64,000 nucleotides of DNA, from NCBI GenBank assembly GCA_963847705.1, contig CAWKBC010000029.1, positions 224,001-288,000 on the forward strand. The letters are read 5' to 3'. The translations under genes were made by a program, and so were the position numbers. This document shows, one piece after another, positions 53,207 to 64,000 of this stretch. The stretch comes from an uncultured Pseudomonadota bacterium (lineage in GTDB: Bacteria > Myxococcota_A > Polyangia > Fen-1088). Numbering within the stretch: the first letter of the stretch is position 1; each line of letters starts with the position of its first letter. The notes beneath the pieces were generated by a model, which worked only from the letters and a program-made list of their open reading frames with translations, was not told the origin of the DNA and searched no databases.

Positions 53207-53845
53207 GTGGCACGCACGCTGATCGTCTCGGCCTTCGAGCCCGAGATCGCGCCGCTTCGCCGGCTGGTGCGGGGCCTGCGGGGGATCGTGCTCCAGCCGG
53301 TCGGGATCGGCGCGATCGACGCGGCCGTCGGCGCCGCGGGCGCCATTGCGCGCGCCCGTCCCGCCCGCGTCCTGTTCGTCGGCACGGCCGGGTTCTACGG
53401 ACGCGAGAAGGAAGCGCGGCAAGCGATCGGAACGGCCGTGGTGGCCGGCGAGCTCCTCTGCATGTCGACAGCCGCGCTCAAGGGGGAGGCCTACCTGCCG
53501 GGGCCCATGGTGGTGCAGGTTCCGACGTCGCGCAGCCTGCAGAGCGCGCTTGGCGGCGGCCGAGCTGGCGAGCCCCGCGACGTGGCCTGCCCGCTGGCCA
53601 TCACCCGATCCGCCGCGCTCGGACGGCGGATTGCCGAGGCGACCGGTGCGACGCTGGAGAACCTGGAGGCGTTCGCCGTGGCACGTGCCGCCGCCGCAGC
53701 CGGCGTTCCCTTCGCGGCCGTTCTGGGCGTCGCGAACCGCGTCGGTCCGACCGGGCACGACGAGTGGCAGCGCCACCACCGGGCCGCCTCGCGCGCGGCC
53801 TGCGAGCTGATCGCGCGTTTCTTGGATGTCCCGCTTCCAACCTGA
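53207..53845 (+). CDS. Nucleoside phosphorylase-fold protein, probable futalosine hydrolase (MqnB-like)
   Basis: GIG, VGTAG, ENLE and GVANRVG motifs; an mqnD-like gene lies about 1 kb away. Confidence 0.7.
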   Translation: MARTLIVSAFEPEIAPLRRLVRGLRGIVLQPVGIGAIDAAVGAAGAIARARPARVLFVGTAGFYGREKEARQAIGTAVVAGELLCMSTAALKGEAYLPGPMVVQVPTSRSLQSALGGGRAGEPRDVACPLAITRSAALGRRIAEATGATLENLEAFAVARAAAAAGVPFAAVLGVANRVGPTGHDEWQRHHRAASRAACELIARFLDVPLPT

Positions 53846-53853
53846 ACCGCATC

Positions 53854-53938
53854 GCGCGGAGCAATGTCGGGCGCGGAGCGAATTCGAGCGCGGAGCGAAT
53901 TCGAGCGCGGAGCGAATTCGGGCGCGGAGCGAATTCGA
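53854..53938. repeat. Intergenic 17-bp tandem repeat, 5 copies
   Basis: GCGCGGAGCGAATTCG(A/G) units with no spacers; the first unit is degenerate. Confidence 0.92.
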
Positions 53939-54061
53939 GAAAGATCCGCCTCCTCCGACGTTTGCCTGGTGTGGCCCCTGTTCTTCACGAAAGATCTGCT
54001 CGATTGACACAGCGTCTTGACCGTTTCCGGCATATGGTCAAACCCGAAAGGGAGACGTTTC

Positions 54062-54803
54062 GTGTTGCAGTCACCGGAGCGTGGGTTCTTATCGGTCGGG
54101 AATCGAAGGTTCAGGATCAGACGGAGCGTCACGCCGCCGCTGACGCCAGTCTCGGTCAGGCCGCTTGAAGGGGTCCCCCTGACGGTGCCGGCGGACATGC
54201 TCACGGAACGGATCCCCTCCCCGGGTCCGCTCGTCCAGATTCTCGACGCTGGCGGCGGCCACCGACAAGATCACCATCTCGCGAAACGTGCTGTTCGGGC
54301 TCTGCCTGACCACCTTCGCGCTCGGCATCGTGACGACCCTGGCGATCGACCACATGCACGCCCGCGCGAGCGAAGCGGCGGCTCCTCGCGATTCGGAAGC
54401 GGTCGTGTTGCAGACGACGCCGATCGAGCCGCTGGCGAAGCCCGCTCCGGTGGCAGCGGTCCCCGCGCCACCGCCGCCTGCTCCGTTGCCTTCGGCGGCG
54501 GCCGTCCTGCCCCAGGCTGCGGCCGCCGAAGCGGTGGTCGTCCAGCTGCCGGCGACCGCCGAGAAGCCCACCGGCAGGTTCGCCGAAAAGCCCGCCGGAC
54601 GGCCCCTCGCTCATCCGCCGGTGCCGCCCCCTGCCCGGGCCGCCCGCGCCGGCGCGCCGATCCGTGCCACTGCATCCCACCCCCGGACGAGCGCGAAGCC
54701 GACGAGCGACTCCTCGGGGGCGGGCACAGAGGCCGCTCCTGACGAGGTTCCTGCGACGCCCGCGGCCACCAAGAAGAAGTGGGTGGACCCGTTCGAGCAG
54801 TGA
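54062..54803 (+). CDS. Single-TM Pro/Ala-rich protein ending WVDPFEQ, probable frameshift near 54230
   Basis: GGGAG RBS and GTG at 54062 are in one frame. The TM segment and tail are in the 54288 frame, which is closed by a stop at 54180. Confidence 0.5.
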
Positions 54804-54819
54804 GCTGAGCCGCGAGCGC

Positions 54820-55713
54820 CTAGGGCGCCCAGTCGATCGGCGTCTCGTCCGACAGCAGACCTGCGGCGCGCGCCTCCGCGAACAGGACATCGACCGCGCG
54901 CCGTGCATCGTCGGCGATCGCGGCCGTGTCACTGTTCGCGTAAAGGTTCAAGTAATGGTCGATAAGAGCCTTGTCCGACAGGGCTTTGTCACCACGATCT
55001 TCGGCAGCGATGAGCGCAATCATCTCCGGCCGATGGGCCAACGCCCAGGCGATGCTGGCCCGCAGGACACGCGACACCCGCCCCACCAGGGGCGCGCCGA
55101 GACCGCGCCGGATGACGTTGACCCCGAGCGGGAGCGGCAGACCGGTCTTCTCCAGCCAGTAAACGCCGAGATCCGTCACCAGGTGAAGACCGCGGGCTGG
55201 GTAGAGCAGCCGCCCCTCGTGAATCAAGAGCGCCGCGTCGACCTCACCGGCCGCCACCGCGTCAAAGATCCGATTGAACGGAGAGATCGGAATCTCCACC
55301 CCGATCGCGCGCGGCGCGATGAGGCGCAGCACCAACCAGGCCGTGGTGCTGGCGCCTGGAATCCCGACCCGCCGCCCGGCCAGGTCGGCCGGCGCGAGCG
55401 GGCGCGGCGCCACCACCACGGGACCGTAACCCCGCCCCACGGACGCGCCGTGCGGCAAGAGCTGATAGCCGGCCGCGATGGCCGGGTAGACGCCGAGCGA
55501 AACGGCGACCACGTCCGTGGCGCCGCCCATCGCCAGGCGATTGAGCGCCGCGGTGTGGTCGCGGTGGTGGGTGAAGGTCAGCCCATCGGTGTCGATCGCC
55601 CCCACGCGCAGCGCGTGAAACATAAAGGCATCGTCGGCGTCTACCGAATAAGCGAGCGAGATCGAATTGGGGTCCAAACTCCTGTCCAAGGTCTTGTCGG
55701 CGCCAGCAGACAT
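54820..55713 (-). CDS. mqnD: MqnD-family 1,4-dihydroxy-6-naphthoate synthase
   Basis: YSVDADDAFMF, GRGYGP, LLIHEG and GLPLPLG motifs. Confidence 0.85.
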   Translation of the reverse strand: MSAGADKTLDRSLDPNSISLAYSVDADDAFMFHALRVGAIDTDGLTFTHHRDHTAALNRLAMGGATDVVAVSLGVYPAIAAGYQLLPHGASVGRGYGPVVVAPRPLAPADLAGRRVGIPGASTTAWLVLRLIAPRAIGVEIPISPFNRIFDAVAAGEVDAALLIHEGRLLYPARGLHLVTDLGVYWLEKTGLPLPLGVNVIRRGLGAPLVGRVSRVLRASIAWALAHRPEMIALIAAEDRGDKALSDKALIDHYLNLYANSDTAAIADDARRAVDVLFAEARAAGLLSDETPIDWAP

Positions 55714-55786
55714 GTCGGTGGCGCATCATATACACGACCGAAGTCGATTGACCGGTGCCTGCGCGATCGGTGATGCTGAACGCGCG

Positions 55787-56632
55787 GTGCGCGTGCCCTC
55801 CCCCGCCCAGGCGTCCCGGACATCCGTCGCGCTGCTCGTGAAGACGCTTTCCCTGGTCGCCCTGCTGGCCCTGAGCGAGAGCACGGTCCGCGCGGCGCGC
55901 GAGGTGAAGATCGAGGACGTCGAGGAGTCCCTGGCGCGTGATTCCTCGTTCAAGGTGCGGGTCGAAGCGGCGTTGATCCTGGGCCGGCTGCACCAGGTCC
56001 GCTCGGTCCCGGCGCTGGTCGGCGCCCTCCGCGATCCCGAGCCGGGCGTGCGCGCCACGGCCGCCGAGTCGCTGGGCGAGATCGGGTCGATCCTGCCGCG
56101 CGAGGCGCTGGTGGGGACGCTCAACGATCCCGAGCCGGCGGTCCGGCGCGCGGCCCGCACGGCCTTGCGACGGCTGGGGGGCGACGAGGGGCCCCGCGCC
56201 CCGGGCGAGCCGGACATCCGCCGGCACGCCGCGCCGACCACCTCCTTCGAGGTCAAGCCGATCGGCGATCCCGGGCATCGCGCCGGGCCCGCCCTGCAGA
56301 GCCACATGCGCGACTTCTTGATCGATCAGCTCCGCCCGTTCGGCGACGTCGATCCGGGGCAACAGCGCGGGACCTACGCGGTCGACGGCGTCATCAAGTC
56401 GCTGTCGGTCGAGACCACCGGGCGGGACGTGGAGGTGAGCTGTGCGGTCCAGCTGGTCATCAGCCGGCAGCCCACGGGGGGTGTGTTCATGCTGACCGAC
56501 GGCCAGGCGACGGTGCAGAAACCGAAACGGCAGTGGCGCCCCCAGCTGCGCCCGAGCATGGAGCTGGAGGCGCTGGAGGCCGCCGTCCGCGGCGCCAGCG
56601 AGGATCTGGTGAGCAAGCTGCCGCGGCCATGA
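55787..56632 (+). CDS. Secreted HEAT-repeat protein (start uncertain)
   Basis: Signal-like segment; repeats KVRVEAALILG, VRATAAESLG and VRRAARTAL. Confidence 0.78.
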   Translation: MRVPSPAQASRTSVALLVKTLSLVALLALSESTVRAAREVKIEDVEESLARDSSFKVRVEAALILGRLHQVRSVPALVGALRDPEPGVRATAAESLGEIGSILPREALVGTLNDPEPAVRRAARTALRRLGGDEGPRAPGEPDIRRHAAPTTSFEVKPIGDPGHRAGPALQSHMRDFLIDQLRPFGDVDPGQQRGTYAVDGVIKSLSVETTGRDVEVSCAVQLVISRQPTGGVFMLTDGQATVQKPKRQWRPQLRPSMELEALEAAVRGASEDLVSKLPRP

Positions 56633-56734
56633 TCGCCTGAACGGCCGCGGGCTGTCGACCGGCCGGCGGGAGAGCAAACGATCCCGTCAAATGATCCCCT
56701 CGGGCTGGGTTTTTTTTGAGTAGTGTTCGGGGTG

Positions 56735-58532
<1,798 letters not shown>

Positions 58533-58540
<8 letters not shown>

Positions 58541-59582
58541 AAGCGGAAACGATTCTCTCGGGAACCCTCGAAGGGTTCCCGAACCCTCCCCCGACGAACT
58601 CCGTCGGGCGGAGCCCGACTCCGTTCACGCGATCCGCATCGTCGCCGTCCTGGGACCGACGGCGGCCGGCAAGAGCGCGCTCGCCATGGCGCTGGCGGAA
58701 CGTCTCGACGGCGAGATCGTCGCCTGCGACTCGCAGCAGGTCTACCTGGGGATGGACATCGGCACCGCCAAGCCGACCCGCGAGGAGCGGCGCCGCATCC
58801 CGCACCACGGCCTCGACCTCTGCCACCCCGACGAGCCGTTTCACGCCGCGCGCTGGGCGGCGCTGGCCCGCGCCGCCTGCAAGAGCATTGCGGGTCGCGG
58901 CCGGCTGCCGATCGTCGTGGGAGGCACCGGGCTTTACTACCGCGCGCTCACGGCCGGCCTCTTCGAGGCCCCGCCGTCCGATCCGGCTCTGCGGGCGCGC
59001 CACCGCCAGATCTACGAGAGCGAGGGGAACGAGCCGTTGCGGATGCGCCTCCTGCAGGTCGATCCCGAGGCGGCGGCCGGGATCGCGCCGCGCGACTTCG
59101 TGCGGACCAGCCGCGCGCTGGAGGTCTACGAACAGACGGGGATCGCCATCACCACGCTCCGCCGCCAGGCCCCCCGCCCGCGCGATCTCCAGCCGACGAC
59201 GCTGGTGCTCGACCCCTCGCTGGAGCAACTGCGCGCGCGCATCGAGGCGCGCGTCGCGGTGATGCTCGCCGCCGGATTTCTCGACGAGGTGCGCGCGCTT
59301 CGCACCGCCGGCTATGGCGCCGGGTTGAAGCCGATGCAGGCGCTCGGCTACCGGCAGTTCGGCGCCGTGGTCGACGGAACGGCGACGCTGGCCGACGCCA
59401 CCACCGAGACGGTGCGGGCCACGCATGCCTACGCCCGCCGGCAGCGGACCTGGTTCAAGAAGGAGGCCGCCAGCGGACGCTTCCCCACCGTCCCTTCGGT
59501 GGAAACGGCGCTGGAGGTGATCGCCGGGGGCGCGACAGCGGCCCCGGCCGAGCTCGGGGCCGACGGGGAGACGCGCGGTTGA
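58533..59582 (+). CDS. miaA: tRNA dimethylallyltransferase
   Basis: GPTAAGKS, DSQQVY, GTAKP, GGTGLY and YARRQRTW motifs; follows mutL. Confidence 0.96.
58558..58635. repeat. Dispersed palindromic element, copy 3, in frame within the miaA 5' end
   Basis: tcgggaaccct-cga-agggttcccga hairpin, gtcgggc-gga-gcccgac hairpin and TCACGCGATCC end; 78 nt. Confidence 0.7.
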
Positions 59583-59995
59583 GCGTCGCCGGCTGCGTCT
59601 TCTGCGAGATCGTGGAGGGCACGCGCCCCGCCGCCATCGTCGCCAGCGACGAGGCGGCGGTGGCGTTCCTCGATGCGCGGCCGGTCTTCAAGGGGCACAC
59701 TTTGGTGGTGCCGCGGGCCCACATCGCCACTCTGACCGATCTGCCGGCGGGCGATCTCGGGCCCTACTTCGCCACCGTCCAGCGGCTGGCGCGCGCCGTC
59801 GAGACCGGCCTCGAGGCGGACGGCACGTTCGTGGCGATGAACAACAAGGTCTCGCAGAGCGTGGCGCACCTGCACACGCACGTGGTCCCGCGCCGCCGCA
59901 AGGACGGCCTGCGCGGCTTCTTCTGGCCGCGCGTCCCCTACGCGAGCGACGCCGAGCGGGACGACTTCGCGGCCCGAATTCGCGGGGCGGTCTGA
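59579..59995 (+). CDS. HIT family hydrolase
   Basis: CVFC, GHTLVVP and HLHTH histidine triad. Confidence 0.93.
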   Translation: MSVAGCVFCEIVEGTRPAAIVASDEAAVAFLDARPVFKGHTLVVPRAHIATLTDLPAGDLGPYFATVQRLARAVETGLEADGTFVAMNNKVSQSVAHLHTHVVPRRRKDGLRGFFWPRVPYASDAERDDFAARIRGAV

Positions 59996-59996
59996 C

Positions 59997-60857
59997 GTGC
60001 CGGAGCTTCCCGAGGTCGAGGTCGCCGCCCGCAACCTGCAGCGCTGGGCCGAAAAGAAAGCGATCCGCGGGGTCGAGGCCGACCCCAAGGCGGCCCGCCT
60101 CTTTCGCCCCGGGACGCCGAAGGCCGTCGAGGCCCTGGCCGGCGCGCGCCTCCAGGGCGTGCGGCGGATCGGCAAGAATCTTCTCCTGACGTTCGCGCCG
60201 CGCGGCCGGGGCGGCGCCCCGCTGGGCGTCTGGTCGCACCTGGGGATGACCGGAAAGTGGCTTCGGCGCACGGGGAAGGATCCGGCGCCACCCGCCACGC
60301 GCGTCGAGCTCGACCTCGTCGATGGGGTGCGCCTCTGCTACGTCGACCGCCGGATGTTCGGGCGCTTCCGGCTGGTTCCGGGCGCCCGCTTCGAGTCGCT
60401 CCCGGAGATCGCCACGCTCGGCCCCGATCCACTCCCCGACGGGATCGACGTCCCGGCTTTTGCAAAGCGGCTCGCCCGTCTGAAGGGGCCAATCAAGGTC
60501 GCCTTGCTCGATCAGACGCTGCTGGCCGGTGTGGGAAACATCCAGGCCAGCGAGTCTCTGTTCCGCGCCGGGCTCGACCCCCGGCGTCCGGCGCGCTCGC
60601 TCTCGCCGGCGGAGGTGAAGCGGCTCGCCACCGCCATCCGCAAATCGATCGACTTCACGCTGAAGACCTTCGCCGCGGAGGGCGCCGACAGCGACGGCGG
60701 CGACATCGGCTACGTCGAGGAGGGGACGGCCCCCAACCCCTTTTTGGTGTACGCCCGCGCGGGAGAGCGTTGCCCCGGCAAGCAATCGAAGGGCGTCATC
60801 GTCCGCATCGTCCAGGCCGGCCGCGCGACGTTTTATTGCCCGCGCTGCCAGAGCTAG
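59997..60857 (+). CDS. mutM: Formamidopyrimidine-DNA glycosylase
   Basis: PELPEVE, HLGMTG, LLDQ..AGVGNI and YCPRCQ motifs. Confidence 0.93.
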   Translation: MPELPEVEVAARNLQRWAEKKAIRGVEADPKAARLFRPGTPKAVEALAGARLQGVRRIGKNLLLTFAPRGRGGAPLGVWSHLGMTGKWLRRTGKDPAPPATRVELDLVDGVRLCYVDRRMFGRFRLVPGARFESLPEIATLGPDPLPDGIDVPAFAKRLARLKGPIKVALLDQTLLAGVGNIQASESLFRAGLDPRRPARSLSPAEVKRLATAIRKSIDFTLKTFAAEGADSDGGDIGYVEEGTAPNPFLVYARAGERCPGKQSKGVIVRIVQAGRATFYCPRCQS

Positions 60858-60989
60858 GATCTGGTTCCGAGATGACGATTGCCTGCGCACCTGGCGGCTT
60901 GCCGTGAAGAGGTGAGGCCCCACCTTTCCCAGGAGCGATCGAGGACCTGTCGTCAGCGGCGGCATGAGCCCCAACCAGTGAGGTGACCG

Positions 60990-61433
60990 ATGGCCGAGCT
61001 CCCACCACGCCCAGCGGGAATTGTGCTGGCCCACTTCATCGTGTCGGCCGACGTCGAGCGCTCGGCGCGCTTCTACACCGAGGTGCTGGGCGGCAGGGTG
61101 GTCTTCTCTCCGGAGCCGACCTACGTCGAGCTCGCCAACAGCTGGATCATCATCAACGTGGGTGGAGGACCGACCGATGACAAACCGGCGGTCACCCTCG
61201 AGCCGCCGCGCGATCCCGACCGCGTCAGCAGCTTCCTGAACATTCGGGTCAAGGACATCCAGGCCGTGTATGCCGACTGGAGCGCCCGGGGTGCTCACTT
61301 CCTGACGCCGCCCAGGCAGCACCAGTACGAGATGCGTTGCTACATCCGCGATCCCGATGGTCACCTGATCGAAGTGGGGCAAACCACCGACCCGAAGGGG
61401 GACTGGCGGCCCGCTCACTGGCCAGCAGGCTGA
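60990..61433 (+). CDS. VOC/glyoxalase family protein
   Basis: DVERSARFY..VLG and YIRDPDGHLIE motifs; GAGG RBS. Confidence 0.9.
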   Translation: MAELPPRPAGIVLAHFIVSADVERSARFYTEVLGGRVVFSPEPTYVELANSWIIINVGGGPTDDKPAVTLEPPRDPDRVSSFLNIRVKDIQAVYADWSARGAHFLTPPRQHQYEMRCYIRDPDGHLIEVGQTTDPKGDWRPAHWPAG

Positions 61434-61549
61434 CGCCCTCGCCCGCTCGCCGATCGCCTGGGCGACGGTGCCCGGTGACAGTGCATCCTTCACGGCTGAG
61501 GATCCGGCGGCGCCCGGAAAATGCCGCTACTTTCAGCTAGAGTTCGCCC

Positions 61550-64000
61550 ATGACGACGTGGCGGAGGGGGCGAGCCGCGTGCGCGGCGGCGTTGTCTCTG
61601 GCGGCGGTCTCGCTCGGCTGCGGCGGCAGCGCCCCCTCGGGCCCCAGCGGCCACGTCATCGAGATCGACATCGACGATCACGGCCTGGCCGGGCTCTGGA
61701 TGGCCTCGGCCCCCAACATCAAGGGGCTCATCGCGCGCGGGACGCTGGCCTTCACCCACGTCGTCGTTCCGACGCACAGCAACCAGAACAACATGTCGCT
61801 GCTCACCGGCCAGTACCCCGACGGGAACAACGTGCCGGCGAACGACTGGCTGGGGCGCGACAACGGCTTCGTCTCGCCGGTCTCCGTGGGCGGCGAGCTC
61901 GACGTGGGTGACTACGCCGAGTGGGACAAGAACCCGCTGCGGGTCCGGGGCGACAGCGTCTACGGCGCCACGCACGCGGCGGGCGGCCGGTCGGCCTACG
62001 TCGGCGAGCTGCCGCCGTTCGAGGCGGGGGCCGACGACGTCCACCTGTCGATCCTGGGCACCATGTTCGAGACGCCGCTCGGGACGCTGACCGTGGACCA
62101 GACGACGGCGAAGAACCTGCTCACCGGCTCGCTCGGCTACCCGTCGAGCGTCGTCAATGGCTACAGCTATGACGGCCCGCCCGCCAGCGGCGAGACGCAG
62201 ACCCAGTTCACGCTGCGCGACGCCGCCGACTACGTTCGCAACCACCCGATGCCGGCGTTCATGTTCGTCTGGGACTTCGTCGCCCTCGACGATGATCCGA
62301 CCAGCATGTACGGCGCCGATGGACCGCAGATCGCCCAGATCATCGAGGACTACGACGGCGGCCTCGGCGAGCTCATCGCCGCGCTCACCGACAAGAACCT
62401 GCTCGACAGCACCAACATCCTCTTCACGCTCGATCACGGCAAGGTCGACACCCACAACCAGGTGGTCCTCGGCACGCAGGGGGGCGCGAACGCCGACGGC
62501 CAGATGGCCGCGCTGGTGACGTCGCAGGGTCCGGCGATGGGCCTCGACACCGGCAGCTATGCGCTGCTCAACGAGGACGGCGACGCCCAGATCTACGCCG
62601 TCGTTCCAGGCGCCGGCACCGCCGCCGGCGCGGCGGCGCAGGCCGACGTCACGCACAAGCTGCTCACGTTGATCCAGTCGGGCGCCATCGTGGGGCTCGA
62701 CACGACCCGCACGCTCACCGCGGACGGCGCGCTCGGCACGCGCAGCTTCCACGACTTCCGCGCCACCAGCCCCAACCAGGCCGACATCGTCGTCTTCCCC
62801 CAGGACGACTGGACACTGAACCAGGTCGACGCCACCAACACCGCGCCCGGGCCGTTCCAGGAGCACACGCAATATCCCTACGGTCGACACGGAGGCTTCT
62901 CCGCCGACGAGCTCTATGTTCCGCTCATCATGGCGGGGCCGGCGTTCAAGAGCGGCGTGATGCTGCCGCACCCGGTGCTGCACCCGGAGGTCGCGCCGAC
63001 CGCGCTGGCCAGCCTCGGCCAATCGGGCAAGACAGTGGCGTTGCGGACCGCCGCGCGCGGCGCCATCCAGGCGGCGCTGGTCGGCGATCCCGGCGAGACG
63101 ATCTCCGTCCCCGACCCGCCCGACGGCGCGCGCGATCTGGTGCTCACGGGGAGCGGGTTCGAGGGGACGCCGCCCGCACCGACGGTGGCGGCGACCAACG
63201 TGATCGTGCTCGACGTCGCCGGCCTCTACGACGACGAGCTCTTCACCGACGACGTCACCTCCACCGCGGCGGCCGGTTTCCGCGCGCTGGCAGCCACGGG
63301 GACCCGCTTCGAAGACTGCTGGACGCAGAGCCGCGACTGGCCGGTCAGCGAGTACCAGATGCTCGCCGGCGGCTACCCGGTGGCCCCGTTCGTCCCCGCC
63401 GCCGAAGATGACCCGACCGTGACCTTCCCCCCGGGACAGGGGCTCCTGGCGATGCCGCCGCCCGCGAACCATGTCGCCAACCCGGACGGCTCTGCCGCCT
63501 GGCGCGCTCCGGCCATCTTCGCCGGCGGCAGCCTGTTCGACGCCGCCACGGCCCGCGGCCTGACGACGGCGTTCATCGGGACCGACGACTTTCACCTCCT
63601 GCACGTCAATCCGCCCGCCACGACCGCCGTCGCCGCGGCGACCGGAGGGCTGGGGGCCCAGCTGGGGGCGCTGGCTGCCGCGAACCCGGGCGGCCTCCTG
63701 GCAGTGGTGGCGCTCGGCGGCGGCAGGACCGCCAATCGCCACAGCAGCCAGGCCCAAGGCGAGCTCACGGCGTTGGCCGCCGCCGCGCAAGACGCCGCCC
63801 AGGGCGTGCCGGGCGCGCTGGTGATCATCACCAGCCGCGGCGCCACCACCATCGACGATCCGGGATCCGACTTCTACGGGCCGGGATCATCGCGTCACGT
63901 CCCCCTCATCTTGCTCGGGCCGGGCGTGCGCGCCGGTGTCGTCACCGGCCAGCCGGCGACGCCCGCCGATCTGCCGGCCACCATCCTCTATGCGCTGGGG
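61550..64000 (+). CDS. Alkaline-phosphatase-superfamily (NPP-like) lipoprotein with two domains, truncated by the window end
   Basis: Hand-translated open frame from ATG 61550: lipobox LGC, IDIDD, PTHSNQNNMSLLTG, FTLDHG and HGG. A second domain reads VIVLDVAG...HVPLILLGPG...DLPATIL. Confidence 0.85.
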   Translation, partial: MTTWRRGRAACAAALSLAAVSLGCGGSAPSGPSGHVIEIDIDDHGLAGLWMASAPNIKGLIARGTLAFTHVVVPTHSNQNNMSLLTGQYPDGNNVPANDWLGRDNGFVSPVSVGGELDVGDYAEWDKNPLRVRGDSVYGATHAAGGRSAYVGELPPFEAGADDVHLSILGTMFETPLGTLTVDQTTAKNLLTGSLGYPSSVVNGYSYDGPPASGETQTQFTLRDAADYVRNHPMPAFMFVWDFVALDDDPTSMYGADGPQIAQIIEDYDGGLGELIAALTDKNLLDSTNILFTLDHGKVDTHNQVVLGTQGGANADGQMAALVTSQGPAMGLDTGSYALLNEDGDAQIYAVVPGAGTAAGAAAQADVTHKLLTLIQSGAIVGLDTTRTLTADGALGTRSFHDFRATSPNQADIVVFPQDDWTLNQVDATNTAPGPFQEHTQYPYGRHGGFSADELYVPLIMAGPAFKSGVMLPHPVLHPEVAPTALASLGQSGKTVALRTAARGAIQAALVGDPGETISVPDPPDGARDLVLTGSGFEGTPPAPTVAATNVIVLDVAGLYDDELFTDDVTSTAAAGFRALAATGTRFEDCWTQSRDWPVSEYQMLAGGYPVAPFVPAAEDDPTVTFPPGQGLLAMPPPANHVANPDGSAAWRAPAIFAGGSLFDAATARGLTTAFIGTDDFHLLHVNPPATTAVAAATGGLGAQLGALAAANPGGLLAVVALGGGRTANRHSSQAQGELTALAAAAQDAAQGVPGALVIITSRGATTIDDPGSDFYGPGSSRHVPLILLGPGVRAGVVTGQPATPADLPATILYALG

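Noticed and set aside
53854-53938. Possible CRISPR array
   Set aside because: The 17-bp units are contiguous with no unique spacers, and no cas genes are present.
56633-56734. Riboswitch or terminator before mutL (GCAAAC, T8 run)
   Set aside because: No c-di-GMP aptamer architecture and only a weak stem before the T run.
61490-63790. 766-aa minus-strand ORF
   Set aside because: Shadow of the plus-strand phosphatase-family gene that runs off the window.

Overview
GC-rich (roughly 70%) bacterial chromosomal window. Gene content points to a myxobacterium-like (Myxococcota) organism; this is inference from multiple PilZ proteins, a sigma54 activator, a Ser/Thr kinase, Cys-rich lipoproteins and an ACIII-caa3 cluster. 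Most of it is core genome: aminotransferase-serA-hisZ-purA, an ABC-F ATPase, a double DsbA, parAB, folD, ftsH, a complete alternative complex III plus caa3 oxidase operon (27.8-40.6 kb, minus strand), a peroxiredoxin, yccA-htpX, futalosine-pathway genes and mutL-miaA-HIT-mutM. I found no rRNA, tRNA, CRISPR, transposase or phage genes. The most interesting signals are non-coding or architectural. (1) A palindromic GTRAC-N15/16-GTTAC motif lies 61-71 bp upstream of three separate sigma54 -24/-12 promoters, suggesting a small regulon. Its targets are a kinase, an unannotated 69-aa secreted peptide followed by a Cys-repeat lipoprotein, and a structured RNA or MITE-like element. (2) A dispersed palindromic repeat family has one copy translated in frame at the N-terminus of MiaA. 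(3) A stand-alone Fis/FleQ-like HTH gene is divergent from a FleN/MinD-PilZ fusion. (4) A lipoprotein-porin-cupredoxin operon is present. Four single-base reading-frame lesions suggest residual assembly indel errors.
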